Assembly (NCBI GenBank): GCA_013265495.1
Contig: MU058718.1
Span: 4,547,648 to 4,611,647, forward strand
Direction: 5' to 3'
From: Vicugna vicugna
Taxonomy: Eukaryota
Length of the DNA stretch: 64,000 bases
Below the pieces are notes generated by a model. The model did no database searches and was not told the origin of the DNA. It saw only the letters and a list, made by a program, of their open reading frames with translations. The position numbers and the translations under genes were made by a program. This document shows positions 1-12,545 of the stretch, in pieces; positions within the stretch are counted from its first letter, which is position 1; each line of letters starts with the position of its first letter.

Positions 1-727
1 TTCTCTCAGCAGGCAGCTCTTCTAGGGAAAATGAAAACAGAATCACTCCACTGTGGTTTCCTCAAAAACAGGGCTGAAGCATTTACTATGGGGAAATATC
101 TCCCAGGTGAAAAGAGGCAGAGAGGGAGTAAAAGGAAACCCTGAGAGCAGCTGAGAGATGGCAGAAGTAATGCAAGCCACGGGCAAGGAAAGGAGGTGGG
201 CCGGTGTCTTAAAGGCACAGGGATGCTGTGATTGTTATAATCAAAGAGAGAGCAGATGCTGGAGAGGAGCGTTTCCTACTAATAAGAGGTCGGACATGAC
301 TGAGAAGTTGACAGTGGCTGAGAGGCCGTCTTCTTAGGAAAACCGTGGCTGCTGAAAGGAATTCCCCTTGTCTATTTGGGCAGCACTTTGCAGTTTGCCA
401 AGTGCTTTTCCATCTATAATCTATTTAACATCAGTGCTGTGAAGCATGGCATTGCCCACACTGTGTGACAAGGAAGGAAGTTTTAAAAGAGAAAAGTCTG
501 ATTCAAGTTCTCTGGCTGCTTAGACAGAGCTGCGAGCAGAACTCACGTCAGCCCTGCCAGCCTGGGGCGTCCTCCGGTGCCTGGAGGACAAGCAGGGTCA
601 TCACCAAGTAACGGAAGCTTTGGGAAAGAAGCTCCGCAGCCGCCTTAGGAAAGCTGAACTCTGTGGAAAATGTCTGGGGGCTCCATCTGAGAGAGGGGAT
701 TAGGTAGGCTCGCTGACCCTGGCTGGT

Positions 728-1217
728 TGTCAACAAGGGGGAGAAAATTCCATGTTGTTAAAAAACAGAGTGTTCCTCTTACCCCGCAGTCGGCACCTTG
801 GTTCCAAGGACACAGCCATACAACAGGGCGTTTTATGTCCCACAACTGCCGCATCAACCCTAAGGACATACCCCGCTGTCTCTCTCTTTGTTCTCTTTTT
901 CCCGCTGAAGGTTCTGTTTTAGAGCTGAGCTCCATGGGAGGAAAGAACCCCTGATGGAAGATGATAGGCTTCATTGGACTGACAAGCCTGCCCATAAAAG
1001 ACTCCGTGGCCCAGGGAGGGGCTGGCGCTGTCTCCACCCGCTACCTGCCTGACAGCTCCCCCTCGCCCGAGTGTTTTCTTTTCCCTTCTCTCTCAGCAAT
1101 AAAGCAGCTTTTTACTTTGTCCTTCTGCCTCCGCTGAGATTTTTTTTTCGCAACCAGTGTGCAAGGACCTGCACGTCTGGTGGGTTTTCCAAGTTGGAGG
1201 AGGTCTATCAACTAACA
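728..1217 (+). mobile_element. Probable ERV1-type solo LTR
   Basis: TATA-like cataaaag near 994, pyrimidine-rich R region, AATAAA near 1098, and a U5-like segment (tttactttgtcc...gcaaggacctgcac) with the same layout as the solo LTR at 54526-55155. Boundaries approximate; no TSD confirmed. Confidence 0.55.
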
Positions 1218-1782
1218 CGTTCGTGTGTCATGCCTTTCAAAGTTTTTTGAAATCCTTCCCGTTAAGACTGAATTCACAGGACTATCTTACTAATTTATAT
1301 TCACGTGATCAGGAAAAGCAACTCTGAATACAGAGTCTGAATGATCTGATATTCTTGTTCTAGCTGCAGAAGAGTAAAACATTCATTCTTGATTAAAAAA
1401 AAAAGAAAGCCTGATTATTTGCCTTTGCTCTCTTTCCCTAAGGAAAGGCCTTTCTATTTTCACCTTCTCCTTCCTAATGACACCTTGCATGGATTTAAAG
1501 TGACTAAGTTTCTACTGGCAGCTCTCCCTGCAGTAACAGAGCCACCTCCATGAGCTTGGAGATCCAATTTCACCACTGAATTTGCTGTAGTTCGTGATGT
1601 CTGTTTCTGCTTTTTCCATATCCATATATTGACATTTATGTTCTCCAATTTCCCTTCCTGATGCCCTTCAGATACACAGGTAACCCCGTCTCCAGTCCAT
1701 CCCATCTTTTTCACAGTCTTGGTGTTTCTCCCTTATTCCTCAATCAAACCACTGATATCTGAAATTGTATTATCCTTCCACA

Positions 1783-2266
1783 TTGCTAGTTATTTATTGC
1801 TGTGTAACAAATTGCCCTAGATTTGGTAGCTTAAAACAACAAACATTTCTTAAGTCACAATTTCTGTGACTCAGGAATCCAGCCACTGGTTCAGGGTCTC
1901 TCACGAGGTTGCTGTTAAGTGGTTGGCCAGGGCTGTAGCCACTTGAAGGGCCAGAGGGTCCACTTCCAAGCTGTCTCACGGGGCTGTCAGTAGGAGTTCA
2001 TTTCCTTGCCATGTGAGCCTTTTCATAGGGCTTCCCTAATAGTAAGTGATTCAGGAGGAAGAGAGGGAGGGAGAGAAGCCCAGATGGGATCTCCAGTCTT
2101 TCTATAACCAACTCTTGGAGGAGACACTCTATCACTTCAGCCTTATTCTACTCAATGGATGTGATCCAGTAAGGCCAGTCCACACTCACTCAGAGGGAAA
2201 TCAAACTCTACCTCTTAAAGGGAGGAGTATCAAAGGTTTTACAGAAATACCTTTTAAACCCTCACA
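1783..2266 (-). mobile_element. MaLR LTR (MLT1F/G/H-like)
   Basis: Typical antisense MLT1 end ttattgctgtgtaacaaatt...gcttaaaacaacaaacattt...cacaatttctgtg. Confidence 0.75.
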
Positions 2267-2589
2267 CTAAATAGTTATTGATGGTATTACAACTCTGCAG
2301 TAGACACCGTGCTTGGCCTCTAACAAGGGCCTGATTTCATGACAGTTTTAGTCTAGGGTCCAAGCTGTTTTCTTCTTTCTGTTTACTTTCTACTCCATTT
2401 TGACCAAGAAGACATCACTGAGACCCAGTCTCAGAAATTCGCCCCTGCTCTGATCCTCTACTAATGGCAGCAGGTAGTCTCACGTTGGAGATGAAAACTT
2501 TCATTCAATCTGGAGTACAGGGGCTGGAGGAAAACTGAAATCATTTTTTTTTTGAAATTAGAAAATTTTCTACGGTTCTTGGAAAACTG

Positions 2590-3125
2590 GAGGTTTTGTA
2601 GTTGTCCCTCAGTTCTTGGATATTCTGTTCTAGTGTGTTCTGTCTTTCACCTCTTTGCTGTTTCAGTTTTGGAAGTTTCTCTTGGCATGTTCTGAAGCTC
2701 AATGATTCTTTCCTCAGCAGTGTCCAGTCTACTAATGAGTCCATCAAAGGCATTCTTCATTTCTGTATGGTCTTTCTGATCTCAGTATTTCTTTTTGGTT
2801 CTTTCTTAGAATCTCCATCTCTCTGCTCACATGACCCATCTGTTCTAGCTTGTTGACTACTTTTTCCATTATAGCCCTTAATATATTGATCATTGTTGTT
2901 TTGAATTCCCAGTCTGATCATCCCAACATCTTTGCCATATCTGAGCCTGGTTCTGATGCTTGCTGTGTCTCTTCAAACTGTGTTTTTTGCCTTTTAGACT
3001 GCCTTGTAATTTTTTGGTTGAACGTGGGATATAATGTCTTGGGTAAAAGGAACTCCAGTAATAGGCCTTAAGTGATGTGGTGGTAAGGTGTGAGGGGAGG
3101 GGACAGGAAGTGTTCTATAGTCCTT
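2590..3125 (-). mobile_element. Old L1 (L1MC/L1MD-like) 5'/ORF1 fragment
   Basis: Minus-strand translation resembles the L1 ORF1 coiled-coil region (EQNIQELRDNYK). Confidence 0.7.
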
Positions 3126-3591
3126 TGCTGAAGTATTTTAAATCACTGGCTGGCCAGTTCTCAGATGAATGTATTTACTGCTTTGTAATTGCAAAGTAAT
3201 AACAAGAACAGCATCCCACTGCTGAATTCCTGATTGCAGAAGAGTTAAAAATTGTGTAAAAAGAGCTTACACATGGAGGCAACTCAGGATGTTACTGGGG
3301 AGAATCATACAATTATTTATTATCTTCAATAATATTTTTGAAGAAAAGGAATTATAAGTTAACAAAGAGGTTATCAATTTCAGGAGAAAAGGAGGAAGGA
3401 AAAACTTGGGAAAAAAACTATTCCATTTGGGGAAAAAATAACTTGAAATGGAGCTTTTACAGTTGGCTTTTTGGAATTATTTTACCCCAGATCTAAGGAA
3501 GAATGCAAACAGGACTAAGTTTGCACTGAAACAGCACAATCAGCAGATGTCTACATATATTGCTTGTGTTTCTTATTCCTCAATTCCTTTT

Positions 3592-3760
3592 TTTTTTAAA
3601 TTGAAGTATAGTCAATTTACAGCATTGTGTTAGTTTCTGGTGTACAGCAAAGTAATTCAGTTATACATACATATACATTCTTTTTTCATTATAGGTTATT
3701 CCAAGGTTATGTTCAATAGAATACAGTTCCCTGTGCTGTACAGTAGGACCTTGTTGTGTA
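3592..3760 (-). mobile_element. Camelid-type L1 3' end, 5'-truncated
   Basis: Poly-T followed by aattgaagtatagtcaatttac; 15-bp TSD tcctcaattcctttt at 3577-3591 and 3761-3775. Confidence 0.9.
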
Positions 3761-3805
3761 TCCTCAATTCCTTTTGAATCCACAAGTCTGACTTCCACCT
3801 AGCTA

Positions 3806-4205
3806 TTTGTGGTTGCTCCCAGATTCATTCTCTGCTCTTGCCCTGTTCTGTCTGAATCAGACCTACATTCTGAGTAGGTTTGGCCAATGAGAGGAGCTGG
3901 CAGGAAACTCAGCGGTTTCTTGGGCAGTGGTTTAGTCTCCTCTGTTGTTTCAGGCTCAGTAGACCATGCCCTTTTCCGTAGCCCTAGCTTCCGGTAGGCA
4001 GCCTCTGCCTCTGTTCTTCGCATCAGTAGGTGTGGTTCTGGGCTCTGCATCACCGTCGTCTTGTGTTCCATCAGCCCTGGGGTGGGGGTGAGGGTGTGGG
4101 GAGGAATTACTGGTGCTGCAGATCTGTGATGCCTCATCATCCATTCAGCTTTTCAGCTCTTCCATCACTTGGGTAAACCAATTCCTTGTATTGAATTCCC
4201 TCTCC
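3806..4205 (+). mobile_element. ERVL LTR (LTR33-like)
   Basis: Motifs ggtttggccaatgagagg...ggcagga and 3' gtaaccaattccttgtattgaattccctctc. Confidence 0.55.
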
Positions 4206-4823
4206 TCAATTTTTAATTACTTATGCCTCTTACAGCTCTGTTCTTGACCTCTGCACTTTTCTTTCCACACTCCTTGGACTAAGGGAACACATCTACTCCA
4301 TCTTCAACCATTATCTCTGCCTCATTCATCTTTGCCTTTGGTACCATTTTTCTACCTGCCTAGCGGATGTCCCCACCTGGCAATACTGCACATGTCTTTG
4401 AGATCTAGATGCCCTAAGTTACTTAGAAGACAAAGGCAATGGTGGGTGGGGAGCTCCTTGGCTCAGAGATATTTGGAGATTTAACAACAGTGATAGAGAA
4501 GAGCTGTGAAGATAAAGAATAGTGTGGGTAAGTGACGTGAAGTTTACATGATTTTGCACCTGCATGGCTCTAGTTCAGGATCTCAAGCTGCATTGCCTAC
4601 AGAGTTCCAGGCAGGTAGCATGACTGAGTGAAGTGGGCTGGGTACAAGAAAAATAGTCTCTTGATTTATGTTCTTTTGCTAAAGAAATGCTTTATGTGCA
4701 TATTAAAATATGTAGGAATATTCTCCTCTTCTGTGAGGAAAGGTTCTCTTCCACTTTTTTTCCCCCAGGAAAAATTCTGCCCTCTTGGTCTATCTTTTGT
4801 TTTTCCGGTCTGGTAGAGACTTA

Positions 4824-5251
4824 CAGGTTTCCTTCCACTATCCAAAAGTAGAGCGTTCCTATGAAACCTTTTGGAAGCTGAAAGACTTAAAGCAAAGAAG
4901 CAATTACCTTAGGACACATCTTGCTAACAGACGCACGAGATAAGTTGAGAGAAAACACAGATGCTCACAGACACAGTTTAAAGCTCTGGCAGCATGAGGC
5001 TGAGATGCTGAGTGTAGTTCCCGGGGAGGGGGCTTGGTGGGGACACTCTTGCTGCTTGGGGCACACCTGACTCAGTGAGGGCTTGCTGCAAAACAAATGC
5101 TGAACATTATTTGTGCTTTTCACCTTTTTTTTTTCATAAAAGCAAAACTCCTCTTCTGATTTCTTTCCATTGGCGAGAATTGGTGCTAATGGAGGTCTTT
5201 CATAAAAGTAAAGTGGTGAAGAGTGAACTTTTGAAAAGCAGGGGATACCTG
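4824..5251. mobile_element. TcMar-Tigger DNA transposon fossil (Tigger6-like)
   Basis: TA|CAGGT...ACCTG|TA termini, i.e. imperfect TIRs with TA duplication. Confidence 0.75.
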
Positions 5252-5350
5252 TAAATCAAGAAAAGTATTTTTCTATTATAAGAAAACACCCCTGCTTACC
5301 TTAAACTTAAATGGAGCTGTATGTCAGTTATATCTCAATAAAACTGGAAG

Positions 5351-5480
5351 GGTGGGGAGGGTATAGCTCAGTGGTAAAACCCGTGCTTAGCATGCACAAG
5401 GTCTTGGGTTCAATCACCAGCTCCTCCATTAAAATCAATCAATCAATCAATCAATCCTTCTCCCTCCAAAATAAAAATTA
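5351..5480 (+). mobile_element. Vic-1-type tRNA-Ala-derived SINE
   Basis: Head gggtatagctcagtggt...gcttagcatgcac...gggttcaatc, (AATC)n/A tail, TSD aaaa(c/t)tggaag at 5340-5350 and 5481-5491; inserted at an old L1 3' tail (~5300-5350). Confidence 0.9.
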
Positions 5481-5599
5481 AAAATTGGAAGAAAAAATAT
5501 TGCAAATTAAAGAAAGAAATAAAGAGAAAGAAAGAAGACAGTCCTGCAAACCTATGATGCTGATTGACAACGCCAGGGTGAAAACTCACCCTTGGCCTC

Positions 5600-5880
5600 A
5601 GTATTAGGCATGCAGACAGGGCTTGCCCCGTCTAAAGGGGCTGCAGTTAAGTCCAGCTGATGTTACCCTGTCGGAGATGGGTCTGGTGTTGCTAGATCTT
5701 CTAATTTTTAAAGAAAAGTCAGAAATTATATTTTTATGTGATACATCCTGATTCGAAAACACTTGGAAATATGTGCTATCTTTGATTTGAAAACATATAT
5801 ACAGCTACACTCTATGGGCCAAACAAAACTTGTCTTCCTGCTGAATTTCCTGTGGGTTCAGTTTGTGGCTTCCGCTCTAG
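5600..5880. mobile_element. hAT-Charlie fossil (MER103C-like)
   Basis: tgctagatcttctaatttttaaagaaaagtcagaaat...tttttatgtga and gggccaaacaaaac...cagtttg motifs. Confidence 0.5.
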
Positions 5881-5989
5881 TCTGCATGGTAAGTCTCACC
5901 TATTTCTTTAAACCAATGTCTTGGAGCTAAAGACACACATGGGAGTATTATTACAGGTCTCCTTAATCCTTGCTAACTCTGCTAGATAT

Positions 5990-6140
5990 TTGTCGTTTCC
6001 TCCTCCAGGTCTGTTCTTCATCCTTCTTCCTAATCTGTCCTGGGAGGCTGACTGGTATGCCCTGCATCCATGATCTATCTGGCTTCCTACTGCTTTCAGC
6101 CAGTGAAAGGCGCAGGTGGGAGAGGGGAAGAAGGCGGAGA
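5990..6140 (+). mobile_element. ERVL LTR fragment (LTR33-like)
   Basis: tgtcctgggaggctgactggtatg...ctggcttcc...ttcagccagtg. Confidence 0.45.
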
Positions 6141-6400
6141 GCGAGGATTACGTTCACAGCTGAGAAGTGAAGGTCACCTCTCTTGGACCATAACTTTGGC
6201 TATTACTGAGGAAATTATTAATTGAGTAATGTTTCAATCTGCTATTCAAAAAAGCTAGATCTTCACCTCAGCAGCCACTGTCCTTGACTAGCCTTGTATA
6301 GAGTTGCAACTCTTTTCAGAGTTCTTGGTTGTAATTATTGTCAGAGGCAGAAATTTGCTTCTCATAAATCCATCTTCCCCAATCTTCCTGCCTCTAGCTT

Positions 6401-6474
6401 GGGGTACCAGGGATTGAACCCAGGACCTTATGCATGCTAATCACGTGCTCTACCACCAAGCCATACCCTGCACC
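6401..6474 (-). mobile_element. tRNA-Ala/Vic-1 retrocopy without A-tail
   Basis: Complete tRNA-like head flanked by ctg(c/t)tctagctt-type direct repeats (6388-6400, 6477-6489); no tail. Confidence 0.85.
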
Positions 6475-7348
6475 TGCTGCTTCTAGCTTTTTATATAACA
6501 TTGCCTGTAACAGGCTTATCTTTTGCAGGTAGCAGTTTTAGATGAATGGAAGATGGCTTTTACTTTTTTTAAAGCAGTATTTGCAATTCATAGGCACACT
6601 TTACTCCTATTTCCTCATTTCCCCACGGAGGATAATCACAATCAGAACACTCTGGTAATATCCCACTCTATTAAACGTAAAATCCATCCTTTCACGTTTC
6701 CTTTAATATGGACTTGAAATCTCACCTACTTTCTCTGTTTGGGATAATCTCTGATATCTTGCTCTCCCACTCTTCTCCCAAGCCCGTCAGCTCCTTCCTG
6801 CTTTCATTTCTTTATCTTTCCCGATGAAATTCCATGGTGCGTTTCATCCTTCAGTCTCTCTCTTGCTGGCATCCATGATTCCTTTGTCCCCATGCCCACC
6901 TGCTACATCTGTTCTGCAACCCCCCAACTCATATCTTTTTTTCACTTCTGAGATGCTCCTTCTCCAAAAGTTGAGTTTCTGAAAGATGCTGGGGGCTGTC
7001 ACACAACATGTGTCCTGGTGTAGGTGTAGGTGTAGGTGTATAGCATCCAATGTCAGTGGAGTGTACCAACCTTTAACATTTCCTTCATCCCTCTCCCACT
7101 CTTCCTACGTGCCCATCTCTACTCAATGTCCTCACTTTCTATGGAAAATGTTATTTAATATTTCCCAGGAAGAAGACAGACAGTAATCGTCCCCACGTAC
7201 ACCTTGTCTGTGTGTCAGCACCAGCTCTTACCTCCCGTTGTCATGTTTGATGTTGAGTTGCTCCCATCCAAGGCTCAGCTGAGAGCCGAAGTGCTACCTC
7301 TCTAGTCCCCTCCATGACTTCACTCTCAGTTTTACCTTCCATTTTCTT

Positions 7349-7441
7349 TATTTAGTTATTTTAGAGGAGGTGCTGGGGATCGAACCCAGGACCTCCTTCA
7401 TGCTAAGCATGCATTCTACAATTTGAGCTATACCTTCCCCC
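7349..7441 (-). mobile_element. Vic-1-type SINE
   Basis: Antisense tRNA-Ala head; 16-bp TSD taccttccattttctt at 7333-7348 and 7442-7457. Confidence 0.9.
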
Positions 7442-7629
7442 TACCTTCCATTTTCTTATTTGTATCCTCTTCCTCTCCATTGGCTCTTCCCTGCAGAACA
7501 AAAGCACTTTCAAATCTTTCCCGTCAGAACACATTGGCAACAAAAGAACATCTGCTGATGATCCAGCTCCTCTTCTAGGTATTCCCCTCCCCACCCCTAG
7601 CTGGCTCCTACTCAGTCTCCTCTGGTTAG

Positions 7630-8100
7630 TCCTCAATACTGGTTTTCCCCAGGGGCCTCCTCTCCACCTCCTTGGGTTCTTCTGCTATATCTTCTTTTGG
7701 GACAGTCTCATCCAAACTCAGGATTCCCATCACCACTTATGTGCTGCTAGGCTACTCTCCTGAAATCTAAGCTTGTGCAGTCAATGTATTTTTGTTATGT
7801 TTTCCGGTGGTACACCAAAAACAGGACTTGCAAAACCGATCTGAGCTCATTATCTCATCCCCAATTTACCTCCCGGAACGCCCATGACTCCTTGTGTTAG
7901 GGAAGAGTCCTGTCAAAGCCCACATTCCCTGGGTAAGAAATCTGGGCTTCATTCTCAATTCCTCCTTTTGCTTTGCTTCTACACTTCTAATTAATCAATC
8001 TTGTCTATTTTCTAAAAACCTCTGGTACTTATCGATAGCCTCCCCTCCAGATCCATTGCTTCCTCTAAGTTTAGACCCTCTGCTTTCTCCTTTAGAAGCG
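7630..8100 (+). mobile_element. L2 fragment
   Basis: Degenerate L2 ORF2/3' motifs (ccccaggg...tctcatcca...accacttatgtgctg; agaaatctgggcttcattctcaattcctcc). Confidence 0.55.
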
Positions 8101-8894
8101 GATTTCTGTGGCCTGCCCCACTGGTGGCTATCAAGCCTGCTCAAAGCTCCTGTATTCCCTGGGGAGACAGTCACACATTTGCCAAAGCACAGCTTTCAAG
8201 GCTCCCAAGAAACCAGCCATGGAAGGCTTCCTACTTGAGGACAAACTTCTTGCTTGATTTGTTTGGAGGTCACAGAGGCTAACACAACTGCAGAACAGAG
8301 AAGAAAATCTGGCTCCATTGCCGTTAAACCCAATTCAAAGAGCCAGGCTCCTTGAGAGCCTTGCAGGGTAATTTGATCGACTATTCCCCAAACATCGACC
8401 CACTTTGGAGCCTATCTGGCTGTGCTAGTCCAGATTTGCACATTTTGTTATTTTCCTCTATCTTATCAGTGGAGGAAACAGCTTGAAATTTAAGTTCATG
8501 AATACAACTTCCTTACTGGTTTCTTTCTTTCTTTCTTTTTTTCCCCTTACTGTCTCAAATCTTTTCCTGCTTTGCCCTCCTCCCCTCAGCTGTCACTGTC
8601 ATCTTTCTTATATTTAATCGGACTCTTTCCGTCCCATCTCCTGTAGGCAATCCTTGGCCGAGAACATAAAAGACATGTGGGCTATTGGGCCTGGGGAAAG
8701 GGTAATGTGTAGGTCTTCCTGTTGAAACTTTAGGGCTTGTACTAGCCTTCCTCACGCAGTTAGGTGAAACTCTAAGCTCTCTTTAAGTTTCATCTCAAGC
8801 ACCTGATTTCCCCAAGCGACTGGGTTTCACGTGCTCCCCTCTTTTTGTGCTGGCCTCCCCTGCCCTCCAGCAACCTCCATTGTTGCCATTGTTC

Positions 8895-9015
8895 TATGCC
8901 TGTCTTCCCACTGCAGTGGAAGCTCCATGTGGGCAGAGCTCTGCCTTTTCCTGTGGATGTTCCCAGGGCCAAGCACATCCTGGGCACCTTATTAAAGTGT
9001 GTTGAAGGAACAAAT
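8895..9015 (+). mobile_element. L2 3' end
   Basis: gtcttcccact...aagctccatgtgggcagag...agcacatcctgg...aaagtgtgttgaaggaa. Confidence 0.6.
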
Positions 9016-9179
9016 CAAAGCTCACATCCCTTCCCACCAGCAATGGAAAAAAACGAAATCAATCATCTGATCACTTAGATTAGAAATTTCAAACTTCCCT
9101 TTTCTTCATTTCCCAAATCCAAAAAATAGAACAAACAAAAAACCCGTTTTTCCCCGTCTTCTTCCTCTTCTTCTTTTTT

Positions 9180-9880
9180 TAGATTTAACAATGCTTAGTG
9201 TTTGCCATATTTGCTACTTATTTCACTCAGGTTTTTTTTTTTAATAAAGTTTTATTGGAGCACAGGCACACTTGTTCATCTGCATGTTGCCTATGGCTGC
9301 TTTCCTACTTTAACTGCAGAGATGAGTGGTTCTGTTTAGCGGAGGATTAGGTTCTTGCCTCACACAGGAAAGAATTCAAGAGCAAGGCATAGTCAAGTGA
9401 AAGCAGGTTTATTTAGAGAGATACACATTCCATGGACAGAGTGCGGCTTGTCTCTCTCAGAGCGGAAAACAGCTTAGGAGATACACACTCCATAGGCAGA
9501 ATGTGGGCCATCTCAGAGAGGTGAGAGGGAGAGAAGCTGAGAGGCGTGGGGTGTTTAAAGTAAAAGTAGATACACACTCCATAGACAGAGTGCGGGCCGT
9601 CTCAGAAAGTGAGTGCAACAGAGCCAGAGCGAGAGTGACAATTTCACTCAAGTATTGAAAAATAAATTATAAACATCATGACAATTCCTTTCCAAAAACT
9701 CCAGGATGCATTTTTTAAAAAGAAAAATATTTTTCTACTTAACCATAATACCACTTCCCATCTAACAAAGTTAACAATTCCCTAAGATCATTTACTGTCC
9801 AGTCCATGGTCAAATTTCACAGTTCTTACCCAAATGTCTTTTATAGATGGTTTTTAGAAGCAAGAATCCAGTCAAATACT
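9180..9880 (-). mobile_element. Old L1 (L1MC4/5-like) 3' UTR, interrupted at 9230-9640
   Basis: gatttaacaat...tttgccatatttgct continues after the insert as aagtatt...aaattataaacatcatgacaatt...aaccataatacca. Confidence 0.65.
9230..9640 (-). mobile_element. Retroposed LTR(R-U5)+MER58 read-through transcript
   Basis: LTR R region with three ~36-bp subrepeats, U5 ending ...ctaaaca at 9333, then a MER58 fragment (9243-9332) and T11 at 9232-9242; flanked by atttcactca at 9220-9229 and 9641-9650. Confidence 0.7.
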
Positions 9881-9912
9881 ATACATTTAAATAGGCCACT
9901 AAATCTTTGAAA

Positions 9913-10245
9913 TTTATTTTTTTAATTGAAGTATAGTTGATTTACAATGTTGTGCTAGTTTTTGCTGTACAGCATAGCGATTCAGTTACACACATATATA
10001 TTCTTTTTCATTCTAAGTTATTATAAGATTTCGAATGCAGTTCCCTGTGTTATACAGTAGGACCTTGTTGTTTATTTTATATACAGTAGTTTGTATCTGC
10101 TAATCCCAAACTCCTAATTTATCCCTCTCCCCACTTTCCACTTTGGTAAGCGTAAGTTTTTCTGTATCTGTGAGTCTCTTTCTGTTTTGCAAGTAAGTTC
10201 ATTTGTATTGATATCACATGATATTTGTCTTTGTCTGTCCAACTT
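9913..10245 (-). mobile_element. Camelid-type L1 3' end
   Basis: tttttaattgaagtatagttgatttacaatg...ccctgtgttatacagtaggacc. Confidence 0.9.
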
Positions 10246-10415
10246 ATCCCTTCTTCTTAAATGGCCTGGAATTCACTCCCTGTTTTCCATTCCATTAGTA
10301 CCATGATTACCCTGGTTCCTGTTTTCTCTGACCTGGAATTGTGTAGATTTTTTTTTTCTTAAACATCGCTATTTAGGTGACTATGCTAGTTTCTGACTGG
10401 TTGTGATTCTATGCC

Positions 10416-10570
10416 AGAGATTTTAATCTAGAGTTCATGGATGCCCCCAGAGGGCCCCCTGGATGGTCTTTAAAGGTCTGCAACCTTCTGAAATATTATG
10501 CAAATTGTTCGTTTCCCACCCTGGGCAAACAGTCTATTTCTCTGCTTGCTTTCAGAGGGGTCTATGTTCC
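10416..10570. mobile_element. hAT-Charlie fragment (MER102-like) within degraded L2
   Basis: cagagattttaatctagagttcatggatg...ttctgaaatattatgcaaattg. Confidence 0.4.
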
Positions 10571-11554
10571 CCTCACTGGTCTCCACACTTCCAAACCCTT
10601 CTCATCCCAGCACAAGTGTACCTGGGCCATGACCCCTCCTAGAGCACCATTTCATCACGCCAGTCTCCCGTTCTGACTCCCCTGCCTCCTTTCAAGGCCC
10701 TCCTTGATTTGGCCCTATCCTATTTTTCCAGCCTAATTTTACCCTCCCTTCTTGCCCTGGACACTTTCTCTGGGCAGTCTGCTCTCTGTGGTCCTAGTCC
10801 TTACTCTCGTCCTGCACGTGACAGTGATCGGGGAGACAGGGGACTCTCTCTAGGACGCACATGAAGCTCTGCAGAGGATAGTGCAGAGGACGGAGGAAGC
10901 TGGGTACATGTTGATAAATGTACTCCCTGGACCGTTGCTGTCTCACCCTGAGGAGGTGGCGTTTTTGAGGAGGGGAATCATGGAATGTGTATTCTGGAGG
11001 AAAACCCTCAGGGATTGAATGCTCTGGTTTAATCAACCAAGAAGATGGGAAAAGAGTAGTAGTTGGCTGAGGTTTTGGACCTATCTGCTCATAGAGGATG
11101 GCAGGAGGGCTCCAGGGTAGGCAGTGAGCAAGCAGACATTGAGGGCAGGTGGAGAGCGAACAGGTCATGACTCCAGGTCAGCTTCAAGGAGACAAGCAGA
11201 TGGGAGCTGTCAGTCAGTCAACTCACATGAACTGAACAGCTGCTTCACACCTGAAAGAACTCTACCCATGGGTCTGCATGTCAGGAGCTCGAGTTTTGTC
11301 ACAAGAAGGAGACTAAAGATCCGGAGTCGGGAGTAGAGGGATTGGACATTGTGGTTGATTACCAAGGCAGGGACACAACTATAGGGGCCCAAGGCAGGAA
11401 TCTCACTCCTCATAAAATAAAGCAGGAATATAACCAGACTCCTTACCTTGGAACTCTGAAAAGAATAGGATCAGCAGCAAGGCCAGATTCCCTCCCTCAT
11501 CCCAAGAAATAAGCATTTAGTGATAGAATTTCTGGCACCATGGAAGATAAGGAT

Positions 11555-11780
11555 AACAACTCACATTTACTGAGCTTTTTCTACATACGAGGTACCATTC
11601 AAAGCACCTCATGTGTTTTGTTTCTGTTAAGCTTCACAGCAGTGCTGAGAAGTAGGACGCACTATCATCCTTGTTTTCTAAACCAGGAAACCAAGGGGTG
11701 GACTGGTTCAGGAATAATTTGGACCAGATCACCCACACGTAGTTCGGGATGAAGCTGGGATTTGAACCCAGGCCAGCCAT
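11555..11780 (-). mobile_element. MIR
   Basis: catttactgagc...ggaaaccaagg...agctgggatttgaacccagg. Confidence 0.75.
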
Positions 11781-12419
11781 GTTTTGAGAGAAGACCTTCA
11801 TGCCCTCAAATCCATCTTGTAGGCAGTGGCCAGCTCTGCACATCTTACTCCCACGAGTCCTGCAACTTCAGGGCACAGTGATGCTCAGGGAAAGCTGCTG
11901 CCTCACTGGTGCTCATTTGTCTCTATCGGCCCACCTCCACTATTGCTTCCATGGTCCCCTACTTCCTACCCTGTGGATGGCCCGGACAATGAGTATTGCA
12001 AAGGCAGAGACAGAGTGGGGAAGGTTCAGCGAAAAGCAACAAAAATGATTCAGGAAAGAAAGGGATTGACATATGTGGAAAGATAAAAAAAGATATATTT
12101 ATCTGGCTGGGCTGGATGATAGCTAAGAAAGAATGTGAACACCCAAGAGGTCCAAGAATGGGTGAGGTCTGTCTTTTTTTAGGTACTTTATAGCTCTAGC
12201 ATCAATACTTCTCTCTCTGGTCTCATGCTGAAATTCAACAGGATTTATTGAGGTTAGGAGGCTTAGCATTTAGATTCAGTGTGTTTCCAGAGGTTGCGTC
12301 TTAAGCGGATCAGCTGTAAGGTACAAACCCGAGGGCACCTGCGTTAGTGCCTCCATCTGAGTTGATGTATTTTGGCATCGTTGTTGGAAGTTGTCAAATG
12401 AGTGGTTTAAGATAGAAAG

Positions 12420-12545
12420 ATAGGATTTTTACACCTGAAAGAGACCGGAAAGATCATCTAATCTTCATTTTATAGGTATGAAGACTGAAGCTCTAAGCAG
12501 TTAATGTGACCTGACCAAAGTCATATGGTAAAGTTGATGGTGGGG
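12420..12545 (-). mobile_element. MIR3-like
   Basis: agatcatctaatcttcattttatagg...actgaagctctaagcagttaatgtgacctgaccaaagtca. Confidence 0.6.
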
